From assembly GCA_951406725.2 (NCBI GenBank), contig OX597825.1, positions 71,920,001-71,984,000 on the forward strand: DNA of 64,000 nucleotides. The letters run 5' to 3'. Under the pieces are notes generated by a model. The model ran no database searches and had not been told where the DNA came from. It worked only from the letters and a program-made list of their open reading frames with translations. The DNA is from Octopus vulgaris (taxonomy: Eukaryota). Made by a program: the position numbers and the translations under genes. Below, piece by piece: positions 1-12,825 of the stretch. The first letter of the stretch is position 1. Each line of letters opens with the position of its first letter.

Positions 1-46
1 CAAAGATTTACGACTTCAGACTATCATGTATTAAATCTTGTCGTTG

Positions 47-716
<670 letters not shown>

Positions 717-894
717 TAGGTAGAAGAATAAACATTAGCTAGCATAAGGGAAATAGAATTATTTAGAGAATGAATAATTTAGAGATAATTCAGTAGTTTT
801 AATCGAATTACTCATTTCAGAGATATAAATTATATGACATTACAAACTGATAGGGATGACAACCAGCCTTTTCCTTTTCAATGACAATAACCAT

Positions 895-1110
895 GTTTGA
901 TTTAGGTACAGGGCCGCAATTTTGAAGAGAGGATTATTAATCGATACCATGAACTTCAGCATTTAATTAGCACTTTATTTTATCGACCCTGAAAAGATGA
1001 CAGGGACAATTCATCTTGACAGGATTTGAACTCGGTATATAAAGAGGTAGAACAAATACGACAAAGCATTTTTTTGCAACACTCTAACGATTCTACCGAC
1101 TCGCCTACGT
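895..1110 (-). mobile_element. SINE family 2, diverged copy
   Basis: TTATTTTATCGACCCTGAAAAGATGA...GGATTTGAACTC is the reverse complement of the family-2 central domain and B box. Confidence 0.6.
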
Positions 1111-1433
1111 TAACATTACATCAAAGATCATTTCTAGAGAAGAGCAGCATTTTATAAAAATTATATAAAAGGCCTGGAGTTTGATATATACGAATACAAC
1201 AACACTTCAGTCTTGCCTATAGATAAAAGTACACATTCACCCAAATCTCATTTATTTCACCCAAAGTATGTATACGATATCCTTTTGTTCATTTTTAAAA
1301 ATAAATACTTATACAGCTATAATCTCTGTAATCAGCTTTCACACCTATCTGCTTTATTTATCTCTGTTTTCAATGGTTTTGCAGTCATTACTCTCACCAC
1401 TACGATCACATTCTTTGCATTGTTTAGTCACTG

Positions 1434-1576
1434 CAGGCGTGGCTGTGTGGTAAGATGATTGTTTTCCAGTCACATAGTTCGAGTTCAATCCTATTGCATG
1501 TTACCTTTAGCAAGTTTCTTCTCCCACAAAGCTTTGCATGTGGATTCGGTAGACGGAAAGTGAAAAATACTCGCTA
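1434..1576 (+). mobile_element. SINE family 1, 5' half, diverged
   Basis: CAGGCGTGGCTGTGTGGTAAG...GGATTCGGTAGACGGAAAGTGAAA. Confidence 0.65.
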
Positions 1577-1800
1577 TACATATATATATGTATATATATA
1601 TATATATATATAACATTATATAATTAGGGCTTAGTAAAATAAATTACTTTGCCACATACTGAACTTTCTAGAAATAGCAGCCAAAAAAGTTTTTTTTAGC
1701 CATTTCCACTACTTAAAGAAAATTTCTCTCAGATAATGTTTACTCAAAATAACTTACGAAGGTATGGCGGTAAAAACAGAAAAATATCACAAGTATAAGT

Positions 1801-1850
<50 letters not shown>

Positions 1851-1868
1851 CGACTGGTGGGGTACAAA

Positions 1869-1923
<55 letters not shown>

Positions 1924-2079
1924 GTCAAGTTTTGGCTGCTATTTCCAGCGTGGAGGTATCTTTAGGTACCCTAAATTATAATTTTAATAATAATTATTAC
2001 CTTTGAAAGGTTTTATTCCCATGCTGGTCAATTGATAAGATCGATATTTAAATTACAGATCTTATCTATATTTATATAA

Positions 2080-2110
<31 letters not shown>

Positions 2111-2214
2111 GGTTTGTACCCCACCAGTCGTAATCGACTTGCCCCTCCCCTCAAAATAGAAATTATCACAATTATTATTGTTGTTATTATTGTGTTGTTT
2201 TTGTTGATGACTAT

Positions 2215-2714
2215 GTTGTTGTTATTATTGCTATTATTTAATTCATTAAGTCAGTACCTCGTCATTCTCCTCATATAAGATTGCTACTACATATCAATGC
2301 TTGCTATGGAAGCAGCCGTCTATAGCAAACATCTTTGTTTTGGTCCTTGTTGAACCGAGCAAACAAATAAAGCTTTCTGTGCTGGCGGGAAATCCACCGC
2401 ATTATGCAATATTTTCAGCCATCCTTTAAAACTTCTTGCTCCTGCTCCTAATGCTCACGTTACAATTGGAATATCAATAATTTTAAAGATCTTCCATTTT
2501 AGGATGGCTATTTTTTTTATTATTTTTCTCACGTTCTTAGTCTACTACTCAAATTCAAACGGGCAAGCAACATCGATTAAATAGCGTGGCTCCAGGTTCA
2601 GTCCCACTGCGTGGCACCTTGGGCAAGTGTCTTCTACTGTAGCCTCGGGCCGACTAAAGCCTTGTGAATGGATTTGGTAGATGGAAACTGAAAGAAGCCC
2701 GTCGTATATATATG

Positions 2715-2753
<39 letters not shown>

Positions 2754-3565
2754 ATGTTTGTGTGTCTGTGTTTGTCCCCCAACATCGCTTGACAACCGAT
2801 GCTGCTGGCGTGTTTATGTCCCCGTAACTTGGCGGTTTGGCAAAAAGAGACCGATAGAATAAGTACTAGGTTCACAAAGAATATGTCCCCTAACTTGGCG
2901 GTTTGGGAAAAAGAGACCGATAGAATAAGTACTAGGCTTACAAAGATTAAGTCCGGGGGTCGATTTGCTCGACTAAAGGCGGTGCTCCAGCACGGCCACA
3001 GTCAAATGACTGAAACGAGTAAAAGAGTAAAAGAGTAAGCACGACAATGTAGCACGCATGTTTATATATTCAGTGATGATCAAACTCGAATAACCAGAAG
3101 CTAAAGTGATCGATTGTCTCTCTTCATAATCACTGTATATACTGAAGTTATTTTTATTTCAAGTTCTGCATCATTGCATACTGGATGGAAGAAGATGAAA
3201 AAAAAAAGAACATTCACAAATAAATAAAGAAATAAACTTTGATCTTGTGCAGTGATCAGGAACCGTTCAGTCTCAGCTTTGAGTAACCTAAACAAGTAAT
3301 GAGTTTTACTTGATCTCCTTCCGATCCACTCAGTATTTCCGATGAGCGATCGTGTAATGACTTAGCTTTGCAATCACTTTAAACATAATGTTTTTGCCTT
3401 TTGTTTTCTAATTATATTTTCTGCTTCTATTTAATGTCTTGTGTTTAGGATTTGATACACACTTCACGGTCGCCTGGTGCTTTAGGTACTCCTTGATAAT
3501 TATTGGCTTGTTTGAACATGGAAAACAACTTTTTATCATGTCCGTTTTCTCTTATTATTTTTAAC
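2215..3565 (-). mobile_element. Degenerate R4/Dong-like (RLE endonuclease) non-LTR retrotransposon fragments, interrupted by a SINE
   Basis: Minus-strand peptides LKAETERFLITAQDQSL (ORF 3101-3295) and LIDVACPF (~2555-2580) resemble R4/Dong C-terminal motifs; ends in (AAT/AAC)n. Confidence 0.55.
2585..3037 (+). mobile_element. SINE family 1 with a 67-bp internal tandem duplication
   Basis: GGTTCAGTCCCACTGCGTGGCACCTTGGGCAAG...TGACTGAAACGAGTAAAAGAGTAAAAGAG; unit ATGTCCCC..ACAAAGA starts at 2816 and again at 2883. Confidence 0.9.
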
Positions 3566-3569
3566 TGTT

Positions 3570-3720
3570 AAAGGCGACGAACTGGTAGATTCGTTAGTAT
3601 GCTGTAAAAATATATTTAGCAGCATTTCTTCCGGCTCTGTACGTTCTAAGTTCAAATTCTGCCGAGGTCAGCTTTGCTTTTCAGCCTCTCGGGGTTGGTA
3701 AAATAAGTATTAATTGAGCA
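3570..3720 (+). mobile_element. SINE family 2, diverged
   Basis: GGCGACGAACTGGTAGATTCGTTAG...AGTTCAAATTCTGCCGAGGTCAGCTTTGC. Confidence 0.65.
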
Positions 3721-3792
3721 CCGTGATCGCAGTTTTGCTTTTAATTTTTCCCGGCTCGACAAATTAGAGTATCAATCAAGTGCTAGACAACG

Positions 3793-4051
3793 TAGTGGAG
3801 GCGCGTGGCTTAGTGATTAGGGTGTCAGCATCATGATCGTATGATTGTGGTTTCGATTCCTGGACCAAGCGACGCGTTGTGTTCTTGAGTAAAACACTTC
3901 ATTTCACGTTGTTCCAGTCCACTCAGCTGGCAAAAATGAGTAACGCTGCGATGGACTGGCGTCCCGTCCAGCTGGGGAACACATACGCCATTGAGACCGG
4001 GAAACCGGGCCCATGAGCTTGGCTAGTCTTTAAAAGGGCGCATTTATTTTA
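3793..4051 (+). mobile_element. tRNA-derived SINE family 3 (OR-like; CORE-like plus V-like domains), full length with 10-bp TSD
   Basis: A box TGGCTTAGTG, B box GTTTCGATTCC; TGTGTTCTTGAGTAAAACACTT (CORE-like); CTGCGATGGACTGGCGTCCCGTCCAG (V-like); TSD CTAGACAACG at 3783-3792 and 4052-4061. Confidence 0.85.
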
Positions 4052-4395
4052 CTAGACAACGCTGATATCAATTAACCCTCTCTCCTCAAAATTACTGGCC
4101 TTCTGCCAGCATCATGCCTTATAGCATGTGCTGCTACATTATCCTAAGTATATGCTTCAAGTACGTTGTTTTTAAGATGAAAGCACGTGATTTGAGGGAT
4201 ATTTTGGCGCTATTTCTAGGAAGGTGAATGACGAGAAGGATGTTTCACTGTACTAAAATAATTCGTATGGAGGGAACAAAGATGTAACTAAACGAAATGA
4301 ATGTAACTTTAAGCAACAAATTGCTTTATGCCTGGAATATGTGCGTATGTGTGTGTATGCGTATCTCTGTGTGTGTTTGTACACACACACAAACA

Positions 4396-4443
<48 letters not shown>

Positions 4444-5195
4444 GTTTGCGTATGTGTACGTGAGCGTGTGTGTGGGTGTGTTATCGCTCGTGGAGTGTAT
4501 ATATCGCTCTTAATAAATATGTATGTATACAAATACATAAATACATATAGATGTATATATATATATATACAAACATATACACATACATACATACATACAT
4601 ACATACATACATTCATAAATACATACATACATACATACATACGTACATACACACACACACATATATATATATAAGCACACGCACACGGTACACATGCACA
4701 TACATACCTATATATATATATATACATACATACATGTGTGTGTATTTGTGTGTGTATATGTCTTGATGTGTGGTGAAGGTAAATGTTTCTATGTATATGT
4801 ATATGGCTGAGTTTTCTTGTGTTTTTTGTTTTAATATTAGATCTTGGCACATTAGACGTTTGGCGAAATGATGTTATGTGTGGATCGAAGTGCTATGGAT
4901 AGTGTATGTGTGTACCTGTGTTTGTGTTGGGCGTATATGCGTGTTAGAGTATGTGTATGAGCGTATGTGCCTACGTATGTGTACATATGAGCGTGTATTT
5001 ATTTTTTGTGTGTGCGTGTGTTTGTGTTTTTGTGTGTCTGTGTGTGTATGCAAGTGGGTGTGAGGTGAGGCAAACAGACAGACCTCCGGTTAGAAAATGG
5101 GGTATTTATTTAACACCTGTGAGATAGATGTCGCTGTAATCGGAGAGTAAGCAATGACAATGATAGGTTTAACTCCCGGGTGACACTGTGAGCGT

Positions 5196-5298
<103 letters not shown>

Positions 5299-5709
5299 TA
5301 TGTTTAGATAACTTCATTTCGCGATGAAAGATAACGAAGAGGATGGTTTTGGTGATTGTATTGTCTTGTAATAATGAATTGTAAGTGTATTTGTTGTTAT
5401 TGTTGTATCCGTTCTTATTGTATTTGTTGTTATTGTATTCGCTACTATTATTGATTGTTGTCGTTTTTATTGTATTTGTTTGCTATTGTTGTTATCATCG
5501 TCATCGTCGTTGTTTTTGCTTAACCGCCGGATTTCCTGCCGTGACCCTCACAACTTTTTAAACGAACAATGCAACCACCTAAGAAAGCATTATCTAATTT
5601 TTCCTTTGCTTCTTTCAGGCAGCAGTGTATCTTATTCGAGGTAGGTGGCGCTACTATTTCTATCAATAAAATGTAATGTCGTTTATCTTTTACTTGTTTC
5701 AGTCATGGA

Positions 5710-6523
5710 AAGTAATGACTGCCTTTGAGAAAGAGGGAAAAACCTCCTCGTCGAAACGAAACTCCGGAAGAAAGCCAAAACTTTCAGATACGGACCGTTG
5801 AACTCTTACGCGAATTGTTAGAAAGAATCACAAAAAATTAAGTCCTAAAATTACTGCAGAGATTAATGACCACCTCGAGAACCCATTTTCCTAAAAGACT
5901 GTTCGCCGGTCGCTGCTAAAAGCCGGATTTTACGGGAGGGCTGCAATCAGAAAACCACTACTTTCAAAAACAAAAGCAAAGCGTTTAGAGTGGCGTAAAA
6001 ACCTACAGAATTGGTCCCCAGAGCAGTGAAAGAATGTTATTTTCTCGGACGAGTAATCCTTTACCTTATTTTCGACCACCGGCCGAGTATACGTTGGAAA
6101 CAGTTTCAAAAGAAATATTTGAAGCAGACTGCCTTCTTCCAACTGTTAAACATGGAGGGGAGTTGTGATGATCTGGAGGGGCTATGTCTTGCAAACCCGC
6201 CAGCGCAATGGATTCCCTTCATGGCAGAATTAATAGTCAATGTTATTTAAGCATTTTATCCGATCAAATTCATCCTATGGTTGCCGAACTGTTTCCAGAG
6301 GGAAACGCAATCTTTCAGGATGATAATGCACCAATTTACTCAGCTAAAGTTGCTACTGAATGGTGCAAGGAACATTCTAGTGAAGTTGAACTTCCTATCT
6401 GGCCACCACTGTCCCCAAATCTCAATATTATAACTGGGATTACTGCCAAAGGCAGTCCTACGCGATATTAAAATAAATTTGTTTGAAATTTTAATGTGTT
6501 TCCATTATTTTGACCAACACCTG
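5710..6523 (+). mobile_element. Tc1-like DNA transposon remnant (transposase pseudogene with right TIR)
   Basis: Peptides SGRKPKLS, NVIFSDE, IFQDDNAPIY, WPPLSPNLN broken by stops and frameshifts; ends CCATTATTTTGACCAACACCTG followed by TA. Confidence 0.9.
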
Positions 6524-6526
6524 TAT

Positions 6527-6890
6527 TGCTTGCTTACTAACCACATGCTTCCGGGTTCAGTCCCACTTCGTGGCAACTTGGGCAAGTGTCTTCTACTATA
6601 GCCTCGGGCCGACTAAAGCCTTGTGAGTGGATTTGGTAGACGGAAACTGAAAAGAAGCCCGTCGTATATATGTATATGTATATATATATATGTGTGTGTG
6701 TGTGTTTGTTTGTCTGTGTTTGTCCTCCCAACATCGCTTGACAACCGATGCTGCTGGTGTGTTTACGTCGCCGTAACTTAGCGGTTCGGCAAAATAGACC
6801 GATAGAATAAGTACTAGGCTTACAAAGAATAAGTCCTGGGGTCGATTTGCTCGATTAAAGGCGGTGCTCCAGCATGGCCGCAGTTAAATG
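6527..6890 (+). mobile_element. SINE family 1, clipped at both ends
   Basis: High identity to the other copies; internal (TA)/(TG) tract. Confidence 0.9.
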
Positions 6891-7026
6891 TTTTTATGAT
6901 CATGAGTACAATTGTAATTAAAGTTCAGCAACAAAATGTGCTTCACCACATACCGAAATTTCGGTAAGTGGTGAATCAAATTTTGTTGCTGAATCCTAAT
7001 TATAATTATACTCATAATTATAAAAA
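6891..7026. repeat. 136-bp imperfect palindrome (68-bp arms, no spacer)
   Basis: Centre CCGAAA|TTTCGG at 6958/6959; about 10 mismatches over 68 positions by manual alignment. Confidence 0.9.
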
Positions 7027-7030
7027 ATTT

Positions 7031-7119
7031 TGTATAAGTTTGCCGATAATGGTCCTTTTAACATGCCGAAATACTTGGTAAAATTATTGATTAATCATTA
7101 ATTAATTAATTTTACGCTT

Positions 7120-7197
<78 letters not shown>

Positions 7198-7327
7198 AAG
7201 CCAAACCACATGGTTCCGGGTTCAGTCCCACTGCGTGGCATCTTGGGCAAGTGTCTTCTGCTATAGCCCCGGGCCGACCAATGCCTTGTGAGTGGATTTG
7301 GTAGACGGAAACTGAAAGAAGCCTGTC

Positions 7328-7368
<41 letters not shown>

Positions 7369-7706
7369 TGTGTGTGTATATGTTTGGGTGTCTGTGTTTG
7401 TCCCCCTAGCATTGCTTGACAACCGATGCTGGTGTGTTTACGTCCCCGTCACGTAGCGGTTCGGCAAAAGAGACCGATAGAATAAGTACTGGGCTTACAA
7501 AGAATAAGTCCCGGGGTCGATTTGCTCGACTAAAGGCGGTGCTCCAGCATGGCCGCAGTTAAATGACTGAAACAAGTAAAAGAGTATATATATATATACA
7601 ATAAAGATTATTGTATAAGTTTACCGATAATGGTTCTTTTAACATGCCGAACTACTTGGTAAAATTATTAATTATTAATTAATTAATTTTACGCTTTATT
7701 ATTATT
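7031..7706 (+). repeat. ~95-bp direct repeat (7031-7125 and 7612-7706) flanking a SINE
   Basis: TGTATAAGTTT(G/A)CCGATAATGGT..TTTTAACATGCCGAA.TACTTGGTAAAATTATT occurs twice, each copy followed by (TA)n. Confidence 0.85.
7204..7585 (+). mobile_element. SINE family 1
   Basis: AACCACATGGTTCCGGGTTCAGTCCC...TGACTGAAACAAGTAAAAGAG. Confidence 0.9.
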
Positions 7707-7707
7707 G

Positions 7708-7796
<89 letters not shown>

Positions 7797-8428
7797 TATA
7801 CAGAGAGAGATTGGGTGAGAGAGAAAGAGAAAGAGAGAGAAAATGTGAGTCATGCAGTATAATAGACAGTAAAACTACAGCCTGAGAAGCATCGGTTCAC
7901 ACTTTTTGTATTTTGTGCTGTTTCGATGATCATCTCTAAAATAGTTTCCTATGGTGTTTTTCTTTTTGTTTTTTTTATTCATTCAGCTAATCAAAACCTA
8001 CCCGTCTATAGCACACATGATACCAGAACCAACAAATAAACAACTAAAAATACAACTTAAAGGAAAAAAATAAATTAATAAAATACAGAAACAAAAGGCA
8101 GTACAAACAATAGCAGCAAGCAAAGCAGAAAACAAAACGAGAAAAAATGTTTTAAAAAAATATGGCGGAGATACGCTTGCGGTGTTAGCAATAGAAGATT
8201 GTGACATACGCGAATTATGTGACGCGTTAGATATAGATAATGTGTCATATAACTCTGATTACGCATGATATCTACCTTAATATATACATATAAATACATA
8301 AATACAGGAATACTTATATACTTACAGGTATGTATCTATGTATGTGGGTGAGTGTCTGTGCGTGTGTTATATGTACAAGGGTATGTGTAAGTGTCATTAT
8401 ATAGATTTGTATAGATGCATACATAGAC

Positions 8429-8461
<33 letters not shown>

Positions 8462-8524
8462 TGTATGTATGTATGTATGTATGTATGCATGTATGTGTGA
8501 CTGTCTGTATGTATGTATATATGC

Positions 8525-8565
<41 letters not shown>

Positions 8566-8655
8566 AATACATGCATAGATAAAGAGAGATAGATAAATAG
8601 ATAGATCACATTCCCACGCGCGCGTGCACACACACGCACACACATACACACACAC

Positions 8656-8705
<50 letters not shown>

Positions 8706-8708
8706 TAC

Positions 8709-8773
<65 letters not shown>

Positions 8774-8805
8774 TACACACACATACACACACACATATAT
8801 ATATA

Positions 8806-9378
8806 GGCGCAGGAGTGGCTGTGTGGTATGTAGCTTGCTTACCAACCACATGGTTTCGGGTTCAGTCCCACCTGCGTGGCACCTTGGGCAAGTGTCTTCT
8901 ACTCGCAATACCAGAGGGCGCACACTCTCCTACCCTGATGTAATCTCCAGGGAAACAGGTATCCAGCAACAGGACCTCCGTAATGCTATGATGGACCGTG
9001 AAGTCTGGCGTAGCATGTTAAATTCCATTGTCTCGACCACGGTCGAACAATGATGATGATGATGTCTTCTACTATAGCATCGAGCCAAGGAAAGCTTTGT
9101 GAGTGGATTTGGTAGACGAAAACTCAAAGAAGCCCATCGTATATAAGTATATATATGCGTGTGTGTATGTTTGTGTGTCTGTGTTTGTCCCCCTAGCATT
9201 GCTTGACAACCGATGTGGTCTGTTTATGTCCCCGTCAGTAGCGGTTCGGCAAAAGAGAACGACAGAATAAGTACTAGGCTTACAAAGAATAAGTCCCGGG
9301 GTCGATTTGCTCGACTAAAGGCGGTGCTCCAGCATGGCCACAATCAAATGACTGAAACAAGTAAAAGAGTAAAAGAGC
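8806..9378 (+). mobile_element. SINE family 1, full length, interrupted by an RTE 3' fragment
   Basis: Head GGCGCAGGAGTGGCTGTGTGGTA; tail GTAAAAGAGTAAAAGAG. Confidence 0.9.
8904..9062 (+). mobile_element. 5'-truncated RTE-clade LINE 3' end with (ATG)n tail and 11-bp TSD
   Basis: Encodes [16 protein letters not shown]...[18 protein letters not shown], near-identical to 47118-47270; TSD TGTCTTCTACT at 8893-8903 and 9063-9073. Confidence 0.85.
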
Positions 9379-9475
9379 AAAAGAAGCTGTCAACGGGCAG
9401 TGTCTGATTTTTTTCTAAACAAAAGTGCTTTTCAGCCCAATGTTTATATTCTGTTTATAGATTTTTGTGACGTGT

Positions 9476-9677
9476 TGGCGAGCTGGCAGAAACGTTAGCA
9501 CGCCGGGCGAAATGCGTAGCCGTATTTCGTCTGCCGTTACGTTCTGAGTTCAAATTCCGCCAAGGTCGACTTTACCTTTCATCCTTTCGGAGTCGATAAA
9601 TTAAGTACCAGTTAATCCGTTTGTCTGTCCTTGCTTGTCCCATCTATGTTTAGCCCCTTGTGGGCAATAAAGAAACA
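9476..9677 (+). mobile_element. SINE family 2 (tail type GCCCCTTGTGGGCAATAAAGAAA), with an internal deletion
   Basis: GGCGAGCTGGCAGAAACGTTAG...GAGTTCAAATTCCG...CCTTTCATCCTTTCGGAGTCGATAAATTAAGTACCAG; flanks repeat AGATTTTTGTGACGTGTT (probable TSD). Confidence 0.85.
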
Positions 9678-9923
9678 GATTTTTGTGACGTGTTTCGAAA
9701 GTCCATAGTTCAAACTTGAATTACTTCATGTTCTCTTGGGTATTTATAAATTCTTCTGACATTATATATATAATGTTACTCTCTTTCTCTCTCTCTCTCT
9801 CTCTCACACACGCACTGTATGCGCATATGTATATCTTCGCACCCCCCCACCTTTGTTTTTGCCTTCTGTGTCAAAAAGCATTGTTACCGAAACATGTTCA
9901 GTATCCGAATCGCCAGAACAGTC

Positions 9924-11513
9924 TCACTCATTGTCGCACCCAATGTCAAGCCCATTCGTCTCGTTCCCTACTTCTAGCTGCACTACATTACCCTGAATTT
10001 CGCTTGGACTTTGTTGTGGATCTTGTTGAACAGCAGGCCAGCGCTTATCTGTCTGATCTACAAACAAAGCTTCCTTTTTTTGTCCACTCTTTCTTATATT
10101 TTCTGATAATGTATCTTGCACTAAATTGCCAAACACATACTTCTTTTTTCCGAGGCAATAGAAAATGTTTTGAGGAAGGTTAAGCTGATATTTCTAACAA
10201 CTGTTGAATCGTTTCATGTCCCGTTGCTTGCACGATGAGTCTTGGTGGCATTTAAGACCGATTTTACTATAAATGCAGCATTTGTGAATCTGGGGATCCC
10301 GCCCCTCTTATTAAGGGACAAAACTCTCTTAATATATTCCATAACCTTTATAGAACATAAAAGAGATTAAAATCCAGGCTGTGTACTCAGGAAGCACTTC
10401 TGCAAATACTGGCTATCAGTTATATATACGTAGATGGCTTATCTTTAAAAAGAAAGCTATCCATTTGTAACTATATTTGTAACACTCAACGCGGTGAATC
10501 TTTGAATGTGGGATCCACTCCCAGCTAGAGATGGGTATGGAATATCTGCATTACTGAACCTATAGATCGTATGTAGTTGCTCCACCAGTTACCAATGTGT
10601 CAAAGGTCCACAAGCTCAACCAGTGGCGTAGCTAGAGTGCATGTCACCCGGGGCAGCCCTTGAGTTTTCTACCGCGCTCCAAGCCTATACAGGCTTATGC
10701 AGCAGACCTAGATGTATCGCCAGAGGCGGATCGCCCCACCCCCCGCGCCATCTCACATCACTCATCTTATCGCCCTTTATTGTATCTTCAGAATTAACAA
10801 TGATACCATCATTTCTATTCCTTGTTTTAATATATCCGTTCTCTGACACTAGTATACATGGCTTGGTTTGTATAGAGATTATTGAAGTAAGTTGGTCAAA
10901 ACTGGAGCTGGATAATACTAGCTGAAACACTTCGGTCAGAAATTGAACTTATGCTACAGACTCAGCTCAACGCGATCACATTTTACAGAGCTCATACTTG
11001 TATCATTATAAACATCAGAAAAGGAGACGAGCTGGCAGAGTCGTTGACACGCCGGACAAAACCGTTAGCGGCGGCATTTCCCTCGGTTTCTACGTCCTGA
11101 ATTCAAATTTTGCCGCAGTCTGCCTTGCTCCTCATCCTTTCGGACTCGACAAAATAGGTACCAGTTGAACACTGGGAGTCGATGCAATCAACTTATCCTC
11201 TGACCCTAAAACCGCCGACAAAACATGAAACCATTATAACCGTGGGAAATTGTATTTTGAAAACTATGAATGATAAAATAATATGAATGAATTCAATCCA
11301 AACTCACACACTCTCTCTCTTTCTCTCTCTCTCTTTCACACACACACACACACACACACTATAAAATTACTCACTCCATTCCATAGCTATGTCACACTCA
11401 CCGTAACCATCTCCACCCTCCCATATTATTTGTATTGCTTGGTATTCCTTACTTACAGCGTCTTCCGGTAAGTAATTATATCCTCTTATCGGCAATCTCG
11501 CGAAATATTCCAT
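9924..11513 (-). CDS. Speculative three-exon gene model (11513-11457, 10921-10757, 10193-9924), 163 aa, no recognised domain
   Basis: ATG..GCT|GTAAGT; TTTCAG|CTA..GAT|GTGAGA; TGTTAG|AAA..TGA; all junctions phase 0 and frames open. Confidence 0.22.
10491..10776 (+). repeat. ~285-bp dispersed duplication, copy 1; contains MITE-like terminus CAGTGGCGTAGCTAG
   Basis: Near-identical to 13253-13542. Confidence 0.9.
11024..11235 (+). mobile_element. SINE family 2, diverged
   Basis: GACGAGCTGGCAGAGTCGTTGACACGCCGG...CATCCTTTCGGACTCGACAAAATAGGTACCAG. Confidence 0.7.
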
Positions 11514-11784
11514 TTTTATTTTCCATAAGGCTTTATTGAATTACAATATATCTTATGATAACGTATTCGAAACCTTCAACGACACCACATTCGCTGGGTT
11601 ATTTTTCTTTTGTCTTTCTGTGCTTGTGTTCATATACGCTGGTTTGTTTCTTTGTTTTGTTTGTATCATGTTTGGTGGCTTTAAATATTTTATTATTTTA
11701 GTTTATTTACTTACCTGTTTATCTTCAATCTAGAATGTCAGCTTTGCTTATCTGTAACCACAATCGTGTACGCATGTATGTATG

Positions 11785-11816
<32 letters not shown>

Positions 11817-11969
11817 CATGTATGTATGTACACACGCGCACACATACATATCAACATGAATATACATACGCATGCACACACAACACACACACACACACAT
11901 AAATGTATACATTTAAGTACATCACTCTCACTCTCTTTCTCACTCTCTCTCTCTCTCTCTGACACACAC

Positions 11970-12000
<31 letters not shown>

Positions 12001-12560
12001 TACATACTATAAAATTACTCCATTCCATTGCTATGTCACACTCACCGTAACCATCTACACCCTCCCATATTATTTGTATTGCTTGGTATTCCTTACTTAC
12101 AGCGTCTTCCGGTAAGTAATTATATCCTCTTATCGGCAATCTCGCGAAATATTCCATTTTTATTTTCCATAAGGCTTTATTGAATTACAATATATCTTAT
12201 GATAACGTATTCGAAACCTTCAACGACACCACATTCGCTGGGTTATTTTTCTTTTGTCTTTCTGTGCTTGTGTTCATATACGCTGGTTTGTTTCTTTGTT
12301 TTTTTTTGTATCATGTTTGGTGGCTTTAAATATTTTATTATTTTAGTTTATTTACTTACCTGTTTATCTTCAATCTAGAATGTCAGCTTTGCTTATCTGT
12401 AACCACAATCGTGTATGTATGTATGTATGTATGTATGTATGTATGTATGTATGTATGTATGTATGTATGTACACACGCACACAAATACATATCAACATGA
12501 ATATACATACGCATGCACACACAACACACACATATATAAATGTATACATTTAAGTACATA
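11305..12560 (+). repeat. Two-copy tandem duplication, period ~645 bp, bounded by microsatellites
   Basis: 11358-11920 is near-identical to 12006-12560. Confidence 0.92.
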
Positions 12561-12590
12561 TACGTTTATCTATCTATCTATCTATCCAAA

Positions 12591-12659
<69 letters not shown>

Positions 12660-12663
12660 GTCC

Positions 12664-12721
<58 letters not shown>

Positions 12722-12752
12722 GTCTCTGTCTCTCTCTCTCTCAGTCTCTCGC

Positions 12753-12825
<73 letters not shown>

